Positions 19,991 to 30,046 of a stretch of DNA of 64,000 nucleotides are shown here, piece by piece. Under the pieces are notes generated by a model. That model was not told the DNA's origin. It did no database searches and worked only from the letters and a program-made list of their open reading frames with translations. The stretch is from contig JAVRCJ020000024.1 in the NCBI GenBank assembly GCA_034530875.2, forward strand, positions 1 through 64,000. The letters are read 5' to 3'. Within the stretch, counting starts at the first letter, position 1; the number at the start of each line of letters is the position of its first letter. The DNA is from Nostoc sp. DedSLP01 (lineage in GTDB: Bacteria > Cyanobacteriota > Cyanobacteriia > Cyanobacteriales > Nostocaceae). The translations under genes and the position numbers were made by a program.

Positions 19991-20290
19991 TACAACCACC
20001 TCCTTTGGACTCTCACATAACAACTACCCTTCATTCACTCTCATACATCAGCTTACAGAGCGATCGCAGCAACAGCTATGAGGAATTTTCCTGTATCTTA
20101 TAGTTTAATTGTACTACTTTAAACTTTTACTTACTGAATCGTAAAACATCAATAACTTTTGGTAGACTTACCGTATAAATAATCTTCTCATTACGCCTCA
20201 ACAAGAAACCTAAAGCAGCCTTAAGATTGAGTTCAGCAGCAAATCGTATCAGCATCACCATTAAGATATCTCGTTTTTTGCTCCAATATT

Positions 20291-21205
20291 TTAGGTTGTT
20301 GAGTGTAAGTTATTTGCAATTTTTTCCATTATTTGAGAGATAATGTTACTACCTTCATTTAATATCTCTAATGCATCAGTAAGCCCAAAACGTATTGCGT
20401 AACTACCTGCTGCCATTATGTAATACTTAACTCCGAAATATACCATCAAACGGCTAAAATTTATCGTTTCTAAACCTACCTTATCTAATAAATTTTGGTC
20501 GCCAATAGACACAAATACGAAATAGTTAAGCAAATCTTCAGCATCACTGTGTGTCTGTGAGCATAACGCTGCGTATACAGTTTGATAATCAAGTTCCAGA
20601 CCGAGAAACTGAAACTTTTCCTTAATAGTTACCGTTTTATTTGCTACTTTATCAGTTGTCGGTAAACTAATTTCTAAGAGAGCTTTGTTAATATACTGCT
20701 CTAATGCAGTTAGTGAATTTCGCTTATCAATTGCTTTAGACAAGTGGATTTGTTTTGCATCATCTGTCATATTATAAGTCAGTTTCAACCACATATTAAT
20801 CTCTTTTTTTTCTTTATTGAAATACTGTGCTAAATATTCCGTAAAACGACTACCATTTCTATTATCAATAAGAATAAACATCAAATTTATTGCTGACTCT
20901 ATGGCTGTTCGAGATATTACTTCTGAAGCTGCTGTAGAGCCAGTAACGTATGCAACGATCGCCCCTTGAACATACTCGAACGTGCGCTCAAGCATACACA
21001 GCAATAGTGACCATATTGGATCGACTTGGTTAAGCTCGTCCGCATGGTTAGACAAAGCTGTATCTATTTCCAGTTTGGTGCGCGTAGTCCAATAAATAGC
21101 ATCTGATTCACGTTGAACAAGGGGAGTAACAAGAATGTTATGACGTTCAGTAAATTCTGCTTGTAACTTATCAGCATCAATCATGTAGGTATTCTCTGGG
21201 GTCAT
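20291..21205 (-). CDS. Hypothetical protein, DUF5677/HEPN-like helical fold
   Basis: SRTAIESAINL and YQTVYAALCSQTH pattern (R..E and Y...S..H). The gene is AT-rich. Confidence 0.6.
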   Translation of the reverse strand: MTPENTYMIDADKLQAEFTERHNILVTPLVQRESDAIYWTTRTKLEIDTALSNHADELNQVDPIWSLLLCMLERTFEYVQGAIVAYVTGSTAASEVISRTAIESAINLMFILIDNRNGSRFTEYLAQYFNKEKKEINMWLKLTYNMTDDAKQIHLSKAIDKRNSLTALEQYINKALLEISLPTTDKVANKTVTIKEKFQFLGLELDYQTVYAALCSQTHSDAEDLLNYFVFVSIGDQNLLDKVGLETINFSRLMVYFGVKYYIMAAGSYAIRFGLTDALEILNEGSNIISQIMEKIANNLHSTT

Positions 21206-21373
21206 TTAAAATGCTTCATTTTTGTCTAATGACAATCTTAAATACTTCTTATACAAGAAAGTATATATACACTGATTAGGAATTATACCCACAATGAAAT
21301 AATTTTCTTGTGAAATGGGAAAACTATAATTACCCGATTATGGGTAACTTCTATGTAATTACCGAATAAAAAA

Positions 21374-21985
21374 ATGCTCAAAAAATCTCTGCTTAAAGTT
21401 TTAATTTTGCCTTTTTCTCTAGTACCTTGGCTATGTGCGGGAACGCTTTTTGATTCCAAAGTTAATGCTTTACCAGGGCAAAGTACAGAAGAGGTAGGCA
21501 CTTGGATTAAAGCGCATCCCACACTCCGCCCCAGGAATGGAGAGCAATTATTTGTGCAAAAGACTGATACAGCTGCACAACGATTTACTTTTCAAGCGTC
21601 GGTCTTGCCTCCCGGGAGAGTAGAGTTTTCCAAAGACCGTGGCACAATTCGTAGCGAGCGCATTTCTATGTATGATGCCATTAACGGTATGACATTCGAT
21701 CGCCTCCAAGAATCCTTGCGAGTCATTTATGGCTTGGAGATTTATCAAGACTTTGATCGCGCCGAAATCGTCTATCAATATCCCAACCAAAAGGCGGTTA
21801 ACTCAGCGCGTCTTGCTAAAACTCCCATCCGGGAAGCTTTAAAAGGAGAATTACGAGTAGGTTCGCGCTATGTATATTGGGTCGAAGTTGCCCAACCCAA
21901 AACGGGCAAAGCTTTTACCGGCCAAATGACGATTTTGCTCAAAACAGATCTAGACAAGTTAGAACGTGAATTGCAAATTCGGTAA
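21374..21985 (+). CDS. Hypothetical exported protein
   Basis: 203 aa with an N-terminal signal-like segment followed by ALPGQ...WIKAHPTL. Confidence 0.8.
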   Translation: MLKKSLLKVLILPFSLVPWLCAGTLFDSKVNALPGQSTEEVGTWIKAHPTLRPRNGEQLFVQKTDTAAQRFTFQASVLPPGRVEFSKDRGTIRSERISMYDAINGMTFDRLQESLRVIYGLEIYQDFDRAEIVYQYPNQKAVNSARLAKTPIREALKGELRVGSRYVYWVEVAQPKTGKAFTGQMTILLKTDLDKLERELQIR

Positions 21986-22130
21986 TGGGGTATTTGGGAT
22001 TGGGCATAGGGCATTGAGAGGTGTGGGAGGTGTGGGAGGTGTGGGAGGAAGGGAAAGAGGGGGAAGCATAAATTCTATTTCTCCCCACACTCTCCACACT
22101 TCCCCATCTCCTCATCTCCCACTCCCTTGG
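21985..22130. repeat. STRR arrays forming an inverted pair between convergent genes
   Basis: Tandem GAGGTGTGG units face CCCCACACTCTCCACACTTCCCC units. Confidence 0.7.
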
Positions 22131-22499
22131 CTACAGTTTCTCCAAACTTACAGAAGACAAGGTTTGCCATGTACCGGAAAAGATACTTTCAGCTCCTAAA
22201 GAAATTCGTAACAAATCTTCCTTAAATAATGGCGGCCAATCGATGCCAGCTTTACGTCCTGCGGCAAATAGCTGTTGCGCTTTAATGCTTAACTGAAAAA
22301 GCGCCAAAGCTAGTTCTCGGTCTAGGGTAGGCGCGTCTTTGAGGGCTTCAAACACCACTTTCAAGGCCAACAAAATTGAGGTGATTTGACCAGGTACCGG
22401 AGGTTTCCCATATTTCATACGCTCTAACAGCGCATCTGGGTAATCTTGGGTTGCAATTGTCTGATCTATCAGGAGTTTCCGAGCTGTTTCGTAATTCAT
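22131..22499 (-). CDS. Cyanobacterial hypothetical protein
   Basis: 122 aa containing GKPPVPGQITSILLALK and LDRELA. Confidence 0.8.
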   Translation of the reverse strand: MNYETARKLLIDQTIATQDYPDALLERMKYGKPPVPGQITSILLALKVVFEALKDAPTLDRELALALFQLSIKAQQLFAAGRKAGIDWPPLFKEDLLRISLGAESIFSGTWQTLSSVSLEKL

Positions 22500-22707
22500 G
22501 TAACAAGCTTACCGTACATTTTGATTGAGCAGGAATACTTAATTTGAATGTTAGAAAACTGGCTTATGGTTATTTATAGCAATCTCATTTGATTTGCGAA
22601 AAGAGATATATGGGAAAATGATGGATAATTTGCGATGCTCTGGATTAACCAGATAGACTGAGTATGATAGCTTTGAAAAATACACCTTTTTGGAAATTAT
22701 AAGCAAA

Positions 22708-22944
22708 ATGATATCACCGAATTTAGTAGAAATTCAGCGTTCCATCCGTGCATTGTCAGTAGAAGAACAACTTTGGCTACTAGAAACTATTGCTCGTGAT
22801 ATCCGAGAAAATGAGTATACAAAATATAATTCTACTGATGTTAAACATCCGCAAGAAGAATTGATAGAAATAGCTAACGAGCCAATAATTCAAACAAAGT
22901 TTTCTTTGATTCATGATGAATTTGCCAGTTCGGAAATACTCTAA
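22708..22944 (+). CDS. Small hypothetical protein, possibly antitoxin-like
   Basis: LSVEEQLWLLETIA motif and an acidic C-terminus. ATG at 22708. Confidence 0.55.
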   Translation: MISPNLVEIQRSIRALSVEEQLWLLETIARDIRENEYTKYNSTDVKHPQEELIEIANEPIIQTKFSLIHDEFASSEIL

Positions 22945-23008
22945 AAATATCTATGAGTAAAGATATAAATTGGTGTAAATTCAAAATTTAGATATACAAA
23001 TTATTGGA

Positions 23009-23044
23009 GAGCGATCGCTGAGAATTAATTCAGGCGATCGCTCT
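23009..23044. terminator. HIP1-armed hairpin between convergent genes
   Basis: AGAGCGATCGC...GCGATCGCTCT inverted repeat. Confidence 0.55.
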
Positions 23045-23087
23045 TATCTATTTAGAGCTAATTTGCTATAAGAATCTTTTATTTTTT

Positions 23088-24239
23088 TTACAAAAGATAC
23101 CGAGCTATTAAGGCAGAAGCAAATCTTAAGTGTTGTTCAGCTAGATATTGAGGATAGATAAATTGAGCATTGTCCATAAAACGATACACCCAGCGACAAA
23201 ACTCTTCTAGCGATCGCTTAGGCAATTTAACAATATAATCTACGTAAGCAGGTTTGCCATCTTTTCCCATTGGTCCTGGCTTGATGTCTTGCTTAGGATG
23301 CCGCTTCTCACCTTCCTGGATAAATCCTATAACTTGAGGAAAAAATCGAACTCGCACTTTTACAAGCTCCAGTTCTCCAAGGATTTCCCTTTTTTGGTCT
23401 TCTCTTGATCCTAAGTTCAACCCCCAGCCTGCGTTTAGCAGACGATGAGCGATATTTAGGCTTGTCCATTGAGCATCTGCTCCCCGACTTCTTCCATTCA
23501 GTACTTTGAAATGTTCGCTAAACCGATCTAGACGCGACACAACTAAATGACCATCTTTGTAGTCTTCCTGTAGCAAATACCAAGCAATGTCTGCATAAAT
23601 CAACTGTAAGGGATAAACTTGCTCATATCCGATTCTTTTAGGATTGTAAGGATTACGGCAGCGATAAAGCTCAACTGTTTGCCCTTTAATGATTGCCGTT
23701 TCCAGTGCATTTAGTTTTTCAAATAGCGTACCTCGATATTTGCGCTTGGCCATCATTTCCTCAGGATCGGTGTAGACAATAACTCGGTCTAATTGGGTTC
23801 TCACCGGATAAAATATCTCATCTTTCAGGTTTAATCCTTGTAATCGCCGCGTTAGTCTTTGATAGATCCCGTTAATTTGAGGGTCTTCCTGATACCTTGC
23901 CTGAGAGTGTAGGGCATTGAGAGCAACTTGTAACTCCTCGCAGTTCATTGCTCCTGTGCCAAGATAATAACCCCATCGGTAAGCTCTTTTATCTAAAAGC
24001 CCGTAGCGGCGAAGAGTCTTCAAATCATTTTGAATGGTATGACGCGAATAAAGGGGTAGCTCTACATTCAATTCACTTGCTATCTCATATAAATACGTTT
24101 GTACTATTTTTAAGGTATCATGATTATCAGAGTCAGATTGCATCGGATCGTGACAACCAACTCCTGGGTTTCGGGCAAACGTAGCAATTAACAGTAAAAG
24201 TCGCTCGAAGGCAGCAAGAGTACTATAAGAATGTTTCAT
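23088..24239 (-). CDS. WYL-domain transcriptional regulator (HTH-WYL-WCX)
   Basis: N-terminal HTH (TIQNDLKTLRRYGLL), YPLQLIYADIAWYLL, SRLDRF, and a C-terminal WCX-like segment (RWVYRFMDNAQFIYPQYL). Confidence 0.9.
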   Translation of the reverse strand: MKHSYSTLAAFERLLLLIATFARNPGVGCHDPMQSDSDNHDTLKIVQTYLYEIASELNVELPLYSRHTIQNDLKTLRRYGLLDKRAYRWGYYLGTGAMNCEELQVALNALHSQARYQEDPQINGIYQRLTRRLQGLNLKDEIFYPVRTQLDRVIVYTDPEEMMAKRKYRGTLFEKLNALETAIIKGQTVELYRCRNPYNPKRIGYEQVYPLQLIYADIAWYLLQEDYKDGHLVVSRLDRFSEHFKVLNGRSRGADAQWTSLNIAHRLLNAGWGLNLGSREDQKREILGELELVKVRVRFFPQVIGFIQEGEKRHPKQDIKPGPMGKDGKPAYVDYIVKLPKRSLEEFCRWVYRFMDNAQFIYPQYLAEQHLRFASALIARYLL

Positions 24240-24371
24240 AACTATATTTCACTCAGAAATGTCAATAATAAGAAAGTATTAACCTGTAATTTATAAAAAG
24301 GTTAAAACTTTTGCTAAGTATAGCTTTTAAAGATTTCACTCCATAGCTGCTAATACTGCGAAATAGTCGCG

Positions 24372-24411
24372 CTCTATCTGAACCTCTGTGTAATATGCAG
24401 TTCAGATAGAG
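24372..24411. promoter_or_regulatory. Perfect 12-bp inverted repeat, candidate WYL operator
   Basis: CTCTATCTGAAC-N16-GTTCAGATAGAG, immediately before the GGAGA RBS of the 24430 gene. A second repeat, TTAACCT-N13-AGGTTAA, lies at 24279-24305. Confidence 0.55.
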
Positions 24412-24429
24412 TTTTGGAGACTAAATAAC

Positions 24430-25101
24430 ATGCAGACTTGCCCCTCCTGCCAACATCCCTTACCCACCATTGGCTTCTATTGCTCGAACTGTCCTCAGCA
24501 AATTCGGTGTATAAACTGTCATGAAACACTGCTTTCTGGCGCAAAAGGATGTGTAATGTGCGGAACCCCAATAGGTCAAGGGCATAACGGATCGGCATCA
24601 ACCAATGGCAGTAACTTACCTAGTGTAATGAACACCTTAAAATTCATTGAGACCAGCAAAGGCTACTCACGAGAGATTCAGGCTTCTTTAAGTAACGAAG
24701 TGGGTATTAGCTGGGGTGGTGCAGCGATCGCCGCGATCGTTGGCGGACAAATCACACCAGGAAAACCGCCTAGTAATCGTCCTGTGATTCAGAATTTAAG
24801 TAATGCTGAACCTCAACAACTTTCCTTATTCAACTACGAAGCTAATACCGAGAACAATGAAGCAACGATTAATACAGTTGCTCAACTTCCTGCTGCTCAT
24901 GGAGTTGGTATTAAGGTAGATGAGAGTAACTTAGAACGGCGCTTACAAGCTGCTTCAGGAGAAGGAAGCTTAATTAAAGTACAGGGTGGTTTCCAAATAC
25001 TGCCTCCTGGCTTGGCTGAAGTCGAAAGATTAATAAACTCCAAACAAAACAACGCATCTATTGATGAATCTTCTGAAAATTCTGGTGAGGTGTCACCATG
25101 A
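24430..25101 (+). CDS. Double zinc-ribbon protein with a possible C-terminal partial winged helix
   Basis: Four CxxC pairs (CPSC, CSNC, CINC, CVMC), a low-complexity linker, and C-terminal GFQILPPGLAEVERLI. Confidence 0.75.
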   Translation: MQTCPSCQHPLPTIGFYCSNCPQQIRCINCHETLLSGAKGCVMCGTPIGQGHNGSASTNGSNLPSVMNTLKFIETSKGYSREIQASLSNEVGISWGGAAIAAIVGGQITPGKPPSNRPVIQNLSNAEPQQLSLFNYEANTENNEATINTVAQLPAAHGVGIKVDESNLERRLQAASGEGSLIKVQGGFQILPPGLAEVERLINSKQNNASIDESSENSGEVSP

Positions 25102-25877
25102 GGAGGACATCTGAGCAATTAATTCAGGAACTTTCAAAAATTGTTGACTCTCACTTTGCCCATGCAGTGGTTGAATGCTACGTCGAAATGCAGCAACGAT
25201 TTCTAGCTGGCGACTGGCAACCAACAGAATTAGATGGTGGTCGGTTTTGTGAAGCAATTTCACGTTGTTTGCTGCAAATGGATACTGGAAAGATCGATCA
25301 TCGTAAATTGCCTGGTGAAATTCGTAAAAATTTACTAGACCACAGCATTCCTCATAAACTTGGCTCAAAGGATCGTTATCATCTGGCTAAAGTAATTGAG
25401 GTTGTATATGGCTTCCGTTCAGATCGTGGTGCTGTTCATATATCAACCGAGTACACCGCCAACTATATGGATTCAATGTTGGTGCTTCATGCCAGCAAAT
25501 GGATATTTGCGGAGTTTCTTCGTCTAGTTTGGAATCAGGATCGAAAAGTTGTTGCAGAAATTATTGCCCAAATTGTTCAATTAGAACATTCCATAATTCA
25601 TGAATTAGATGGAAAACCTCTAGTTTTAGCAAGAGATATTTCGGCAACGGATGAAGTTCTGTTACTTTTGTATCATGCTGCCAATAATCGCTTGAGTCGT
25701 GCTGAGCTACGCGAACAGGCCGTTGGACAGAATCCTCAAAACGTCAGTGTCGCTATATCTAGGCTAATCAAAAATAAGGATATTCGACCTGTTGCTGAAG
25801 ATGAAGTTGTCCTTACTCCCAATGGTCAAAAAAGAATTCTTGAGCAAGTATTACCTAAATATACTCCCCAAAAATAA
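25098..25877 (+). CDS. Putative HEPN/Abi_C-like protein with a C-terminal winged helix
   Basis: GGRFCE helix and Rx6H motif (RSDRGAVH). The C-terminus VLLLLY..LSRAEL..AISRL..VVLTPNG fits a wHTH. ATGA overlap with the upstream gene. Confidence 0.7.
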   Translation: MRRTSEQLIQELSKIVDSHFAHAVVECYVEMQQRFLAGDWQPTELDGGRFCEAISRCLLQMDTGKIDHRKLPGEIRKNLLDHSIPHKLGSKDRYHLAKVIEVVYGFRSDRGAVHISTEYTANYMDSMLVLHASKWIFAEFLRLVWNQDRKVVAEIIAQIVQLEHSIIHELDGKPLVLARDISATDEVLLLLYHAANNRLSRAELREQAVGQNPQNVSVAISRLIKNKDIRPVAEDEVVLTPNGQKRILEQVLPKYTPQK

Positions 25878-26144
25878 AATGCTCAATTAAATTGCAGCAA
25901 ACGCATTCAGGGTATCTCTTTTATAACAAGGAATAGAGAACAAGCTCAAAAGCTAGTTGCTATAAGGGTTGTACAATTCATCTATGTCCTAATTTATCAG
26001 ACTACTGGTATAAAATTATGGCAAAAATAGCAGATAACAGGACATAGTGAAGATTTTTTAATTATTTCAGAGTAAATACGGCACAAAGTGGGCTTTTAGT
26101 TACTCTATCTTTTAAGAATAAATACTTTCAGAAGCGATCGCACA

Positions 26145-26843
26145 ATGGACGACAGCAAAGCATTATTTGATTACTGGCATGACCGAGTAAGACTGAAAAA
26201 CTCTGAATTAATTGCGACACTGGGCCATGTCCAAACCCAACAGCTACGTCATGAATGTACAAACTACGACGAACTCTGGCGCAGTCTTGAAGTTCAAGGA
26301 TTGGATGAACCAGAGCGTAGCAGGGTTATTGCTATCATTAAGTATGAGTGTACAGCCAAAGTTTTGCAGAATCGGGCTGGTCGTCTGCGCGATCGCGCAC
26401 ATGAGCTGGAGGCAGCTTGTCACGAACAAGATCGACAAAAATCTAAACTTCTTGGTCTAATCAAGGCGTTACAAGAGAAACTGTTTGGTAAGGACAAAGA
26501 AATTAAGAGGTTAGAAGCGAGAATTGCATCGCTAGAAGCTGAAAATGAAGCTTTGCGATCTGAAGCAGAGAATAGTAAAGCTGAGGCGGAATTACGTACA
26601 GAACTAGAGAATTTACAAAAGAAATACAATGCAGTTGAGAAGCGAAGACAGGAGTTAGCTAAGAATAATCAGAGTTTAGGTGGAAGAGTTGCCCACACAA
26701 AAAAATATAAGCAGCAAAGGGACGAAGCAATCGCTTTAACTCAACAACAGAAACAGCAAATTGCTATTTTAGTTCTAGAGAGTCAGCGTCTTCGTGAGGA
26801 GAATGAAAGGCTTTATAAAAAATTAAGCCAACTAGAGCGATAA
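26145..26843 (+). CDS. Hypothetical coiled-coil protein
   Basis: 232 aa with long E/K/Q/L heptad repeats. Confidence 0.8.
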   Translation: MDDSKALFDYWHDRVRLKNSELIATLGHVQTQQLRHECTNYDELWRSLEVQGLDEPERSRVIAIIKYECTAKVLQNRAGRLRDRAHELEAACHEQDRQKSKLLGLIKALQEKLFGKDKEIKRLEARIASLEAENEALRSEAENSKAEAELRTELENLQKKYNAVEKRRQELAKNNQSLGGRVAHTKKYKQQRDEAIALTQQQKQQIAILVLESQRLREENERLYKKLSQLER

Positions 26844-26876
26844 AATGTTCTAAATTTGAGACGCTCAATACTAAAT

Positions 26877-27272
26877 ATGAAACTTCAAGAGCTAAAAGCT
26901 AAAGTCTACCAGTTGGCTAAGGTAAATACTACCAAACAACTCAAGGCTAAATATCAGGAGATTCAGACGCTAGATATGCGTCTAAAAACCTCTTGGCAGG
27001 CAACTCTTGCTATTGTTCAAAAATCGCAAAGCGAGTATGAGAAGTGGTTAGAAAATCCACCTGAAGAATACAAAGAACTTTTCTCTGAGATTACAGAAGC
27101 TTTGGAAACATACGATCAAAAATCAGGACGGGCAAAAAACTTGGTACAAGAAATTATCTCAATAGCCGACGATATCGAAGAACTAGCAGAGGAATCTCAA
27201 AACGAAGCAGAAAAAATAAAGCAAGAAGTTGAAGTAACTAAACGCATTTCAAAAAAAGCTAGGCTTAACTAA
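26877..27272 (+). CDS. Hypothetical helical protein
   Basis: MKLQELKAKVYQLA...LDMRLKTSW, directly after the previous gene. Confidence 0.75.
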   Translation: MKLQELKAKVYQLAKVNTTKQLKAKYQEIQTLDMRLKTSWQATLAIVQKSQSEYEKWLENPPEEYKELFSEITEALETYDQKSGRAKNLVQEIISIADDIEELAEESQNEAEKIKQEVEVTKRISKKARLN

Positions 27273-27393
27273 TCTTGTCATTAGATATAGTTAATAAATT
27301 ATTAGAATATTTCAATAAGTTTGCTCCGATCAACTAATAAAATATCTAATAATATAGAATGTTAAAGGCAGATATTACTATCGTTATGCTTCA

Positions 27394-27579
27394 TATAGCA
27401 GACCGATTTGATTTGGTGAAAAAATCTAAGTATATGTAGTGACGCCACAAGGCTAAAATGTTGTATTAGATAAAGAAGTAAAAGCTTTGATACAGCTTTG
27501 TTTTACGCCATTTTTATTGGCCTATTTTAGCCTAGACACGCCACTACTTGTGTCTCAAAAATCAAATGTGAATCTTATA
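27394..27579. mobile_element. MITE (TATAG..ATTTGATTT terminal-repeat family)
   Basis: Ends TATAGCAGACCGATTTGATTT / AAATCAAATGTGAATCTTATA, with internal inverted pairs GTAGTG/CACTAC and AGGCTAAAAT/ATTTTAGCCT. Related solo ends at 22575 and 41009. Confidence 0.7.
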
Positions 27580-27587
27580 TTAAATTA

Positions 27588-27733
27588 CGTCTGATGTGAA
27601 TTATCGAAATCACCGAAATATCAAGGATTGTGCGCCCTGTAGAGACTTTGCACTGCAACGTCTCTACAACGATAAATCAAGGGTTTTAGCGTCTAATCCA
27701 CATAATGCATAAATTTCTAAATTTACATCAAGT
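27588..27733. repeat. MITE/REP-like element
   Basis: TGATGTGAATT / AATTTACATCA ends around a GTAGAGAC-N13-GTCTCTAC hairpin (27639-27667). Confidence 0.6.
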
Positions 27734-27829
27734 ATGCACTTAAAGCTTCTTCTGTTTGAAAATTTGGGTGTCTGGAGTAAATATTAGATAAATTTTTTAT
27801 ACAAAATTTTCCACATCCTGAAGATAACC

Positions 27830-29503
27830 TCAATTTAAAATTTTCTCAACAATTTCTTGACATTTTGCTACATTTCTGAAAGTATTTGCTGGGTAGGAAT
27901 TTGGATATAGGTTGCTAGTTTCGCTAATTATACTTTCTAAAAACTTTGAAGTTATAATTTTAACTTCATTCATTTGTACTGAACTTAAATCAGATGATAT
28001 ACTAAAAAAACTATCCGGTAAAGCCTTATATACCAAGTGTAAAACGAAACGATTGCTATGGATTGCAAATAATTTTTCTCTTCCTTCTCGTTGTTTTTGT
28101 TCTTCTGATAATCTACTATCTACTACTCTTAATATCTGAACTAATTTCCAAATTTCAGAACCATTTACTGAGCTATTAAACAGAGTTTTATATGGTGATT
28201 TTTCTATGTTTTCCCACAAAGCACTAATTTTATCTTTAACGCGCGTAGCGAAAGAAACCTCATGCTGTTTGCACGCTCGACTAATAGTGGCTTCATTTAA
28301 ATCAAAACCTTTTTGACCATCTGGGATTGATTCACCAGTTTTATAAGTATAAATAATTCCTTCTAATTGAAGTTCATTTTTTATTCTCTCTTGTTCAGGA
28401 TCGAGTGCTACAAATTCTCGCCGATCAATTCGATTTTGAGTATTGTTAAATCTGGTTATTTCTGTAGCGAATTCTTCTGGGCAGTTTTCTAAAGAGATAA
28501 AACGAATGAGAACTCTTGCTTTCTCAACTTGTTCAGGCGAAATTTGATATGCTCTTGCTATGGAACCAACAGTCTGAGCACCATTAACTATTTTGACATC
28601 CTTACATTCAAATATGCCAGTGTCTCTTCCACTTCCCCCAAGCGGTTTTTTTCCAATACTATAACACAAAGCTGTTATGCCATTATTATAATACCAAAAC
28701 TTTTCCGGCTCTTTTTTTACTGTATTGATAATACCTTCATTCACTTCACTATCTCTTACAAAAAGCCTAATATTTGAAGCAAATAATTTAGGAGAATGTT
28801 TAGTCCACCAATCAACTACTTCTCTTGCAGACACTTGCCCATAATATGATTGATAAGGTTCTTTTGTTTGTCCCCAATCAAAAAGACAAACATCTAAATT
28901 AATCGGGTTGCCTGATGCTCCTTGAGATATGATGTTATATATGGTTGATTGATTAATAATTTTCTTACTAACAATATCTATTGGATCGTTCATCTCTAAT
29001 AATAAATCATCAAGTTCTCTTAGAGGTTCATCTGCTAAAGGAGTTTGACCTGAATACACAAGAATTATTTCAAATCTCGTTCCTGCATCATTTAAGGCTT
29101 CTTCAATATCTTTAATTTTGTTATTAAATTTAGAGTTAAATCTGTCATATTTAGCATTCACTAAATCTTTAAAGCCTTTGGTAAATTTCATAACCTCATC
29201 TGTTTTTATACTTCCTTTACTGTCCTGTTTCCATTTGGATTGCAATATGTACATTACTTTTTCTCTTCTATCAAAATAAATGGAATCTATTCCATTATCT
29301 TGTCCACCATCAACTATAGATTTTGATGCTTCTTGAGGAGAAATATCAGCCAACACCATCAGTGTAAATGCAGCTAGACTTCTGGTTAAAAAAATCAACT
29401 CTCTGTCTGTTTCAGATTTGTTTTGATAATCTGACAAGTCAATTAAACCATTAAATGTTTTTTGAAGGTAGGACTTGATTTGGCGTAGATGGATTTCACT
29501 CAT
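27830..29503 (-). CDS. AIPR family protein (abortive infection phage resistance)
   Basis: DGGQDNGIDSI...LQSKW nuclease-like motif, plus LFASNIRLF, FWYYNNGIT, IVNGAQT and ITRFNNTQN. Confidence 0.9.
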   Translation of the reverse strand: MSEIHLRQIKSYLQKTFNGLIDLSDYQNKSETDRELIFLTRSLAAFTLMVLADISPQEASKSIVDGGQDNGIDSIYFDRREKVMYILQSKWKQDSKGSIKTDEVMKFTKGFKDLVNAKYDRFNSKFNNKIKDIEEALNDAGTRFEIILVYSGQTPLADEPLRELDDLLLEMNDPIDIVSKKIINQSTIYNIISQGASGNPINLDVCLFDWGQTKEPYQSYYGQVSAREVVDWWTKHSPKLFASNIRLFVRDSEVNEGIINTVKKEPEKFWYYNNGITALCYSIGKKPLGGSGRDTGIFECKDVKIVNGAQTVGSIARAYQISPEQVEKARVLIRFISLENCPEEFATEITRFNNTQNRIDRREFVALDPEQERIKNELQLEGIIYTYKTGESIPDGQKGFDLNEATISRACKQHEVSFATRVKDKISALWENIEKSPYKTLFNSSVNGSEIWKLVQILRVVDSRLSEEQKQREGREKLFAIHSNRFVLHLVYKALPDSFFSISSDLSSVQMNEVKIITSKFLESIISETSNLYPNSYPANTFRNVAKCQEIVEKILN

Positions 29504-29659
29504 AATGTTGCTAGGTTTAATTAACTTTGATGTTATTGGATAGAATTTTTACAACTAATTTATATTTAGTATAAATACTTTGTAAAAATATACACTGCTT
29601 TGAACCCAATTAACGATTACTTAGTTAGGAATGAACTTATTATACTTGTAATACTTACT

Positions 29660-29711
29660 AATAAAAATGGCTTCTGCAAAAAATAGAAGTTTTTCAGAAG
29701 CCATTTTTATT
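29660..29711. terminator. 17-bp perfect inverted repeat, probable bidirectional terminator
   Basis: AATAAAAATGGCTTCTG-N18-CAGAAGCCATTTTTATT. Confidence 0.6.
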
Positions 29712-30046
29712 GTAAACAAATAAAAAAGTCATACAATTTGTGAAAACCTTAATATATCAGGATTGTAAGCTATTGCTGTAATGTATAAAGTTTGCGATCG
29801 CACTTCTTTTCCCCATCAATCCTTTGTCGTTTTTCCATACTTGATAAAATAGCTTGTCTTTACAATTCTCTAGATAGTTAAGGTATTGTAGATGACATAT
29901 AGTACTCTTCCTTTAGGTTGATTCATACGAACCGCTGTAGATTGACGATCGCCTTTTAGAAGTATTGTCATTTTTCTCTGCTTGTATAAAAGCACCTGCT
30001 TTCCCCTTTCCCTATCCTAGTTGACTCCTTAGAACCAAACTTGGTA

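Noticed and set aside
15452..22130. CRISPR-like arrays suggested by tandem repeats at 15452-15592 and 21985-22130
   Set aside because: The units are 7-9 nt STRR repeats without unique spacers, and there are no cas genes in the window.
22131..22499. Dethiobiotin synthetase label sometimes given to this family
   Set aside because: The protein is only 122 aa and has no P-loop.
29790..29975. Possible gene remnant on the minus strand (MSSTIP*LSREL*RQAILSSMEKRQ)
   Set aside because: It is interrupted by stops and I cannot assign it to a family.
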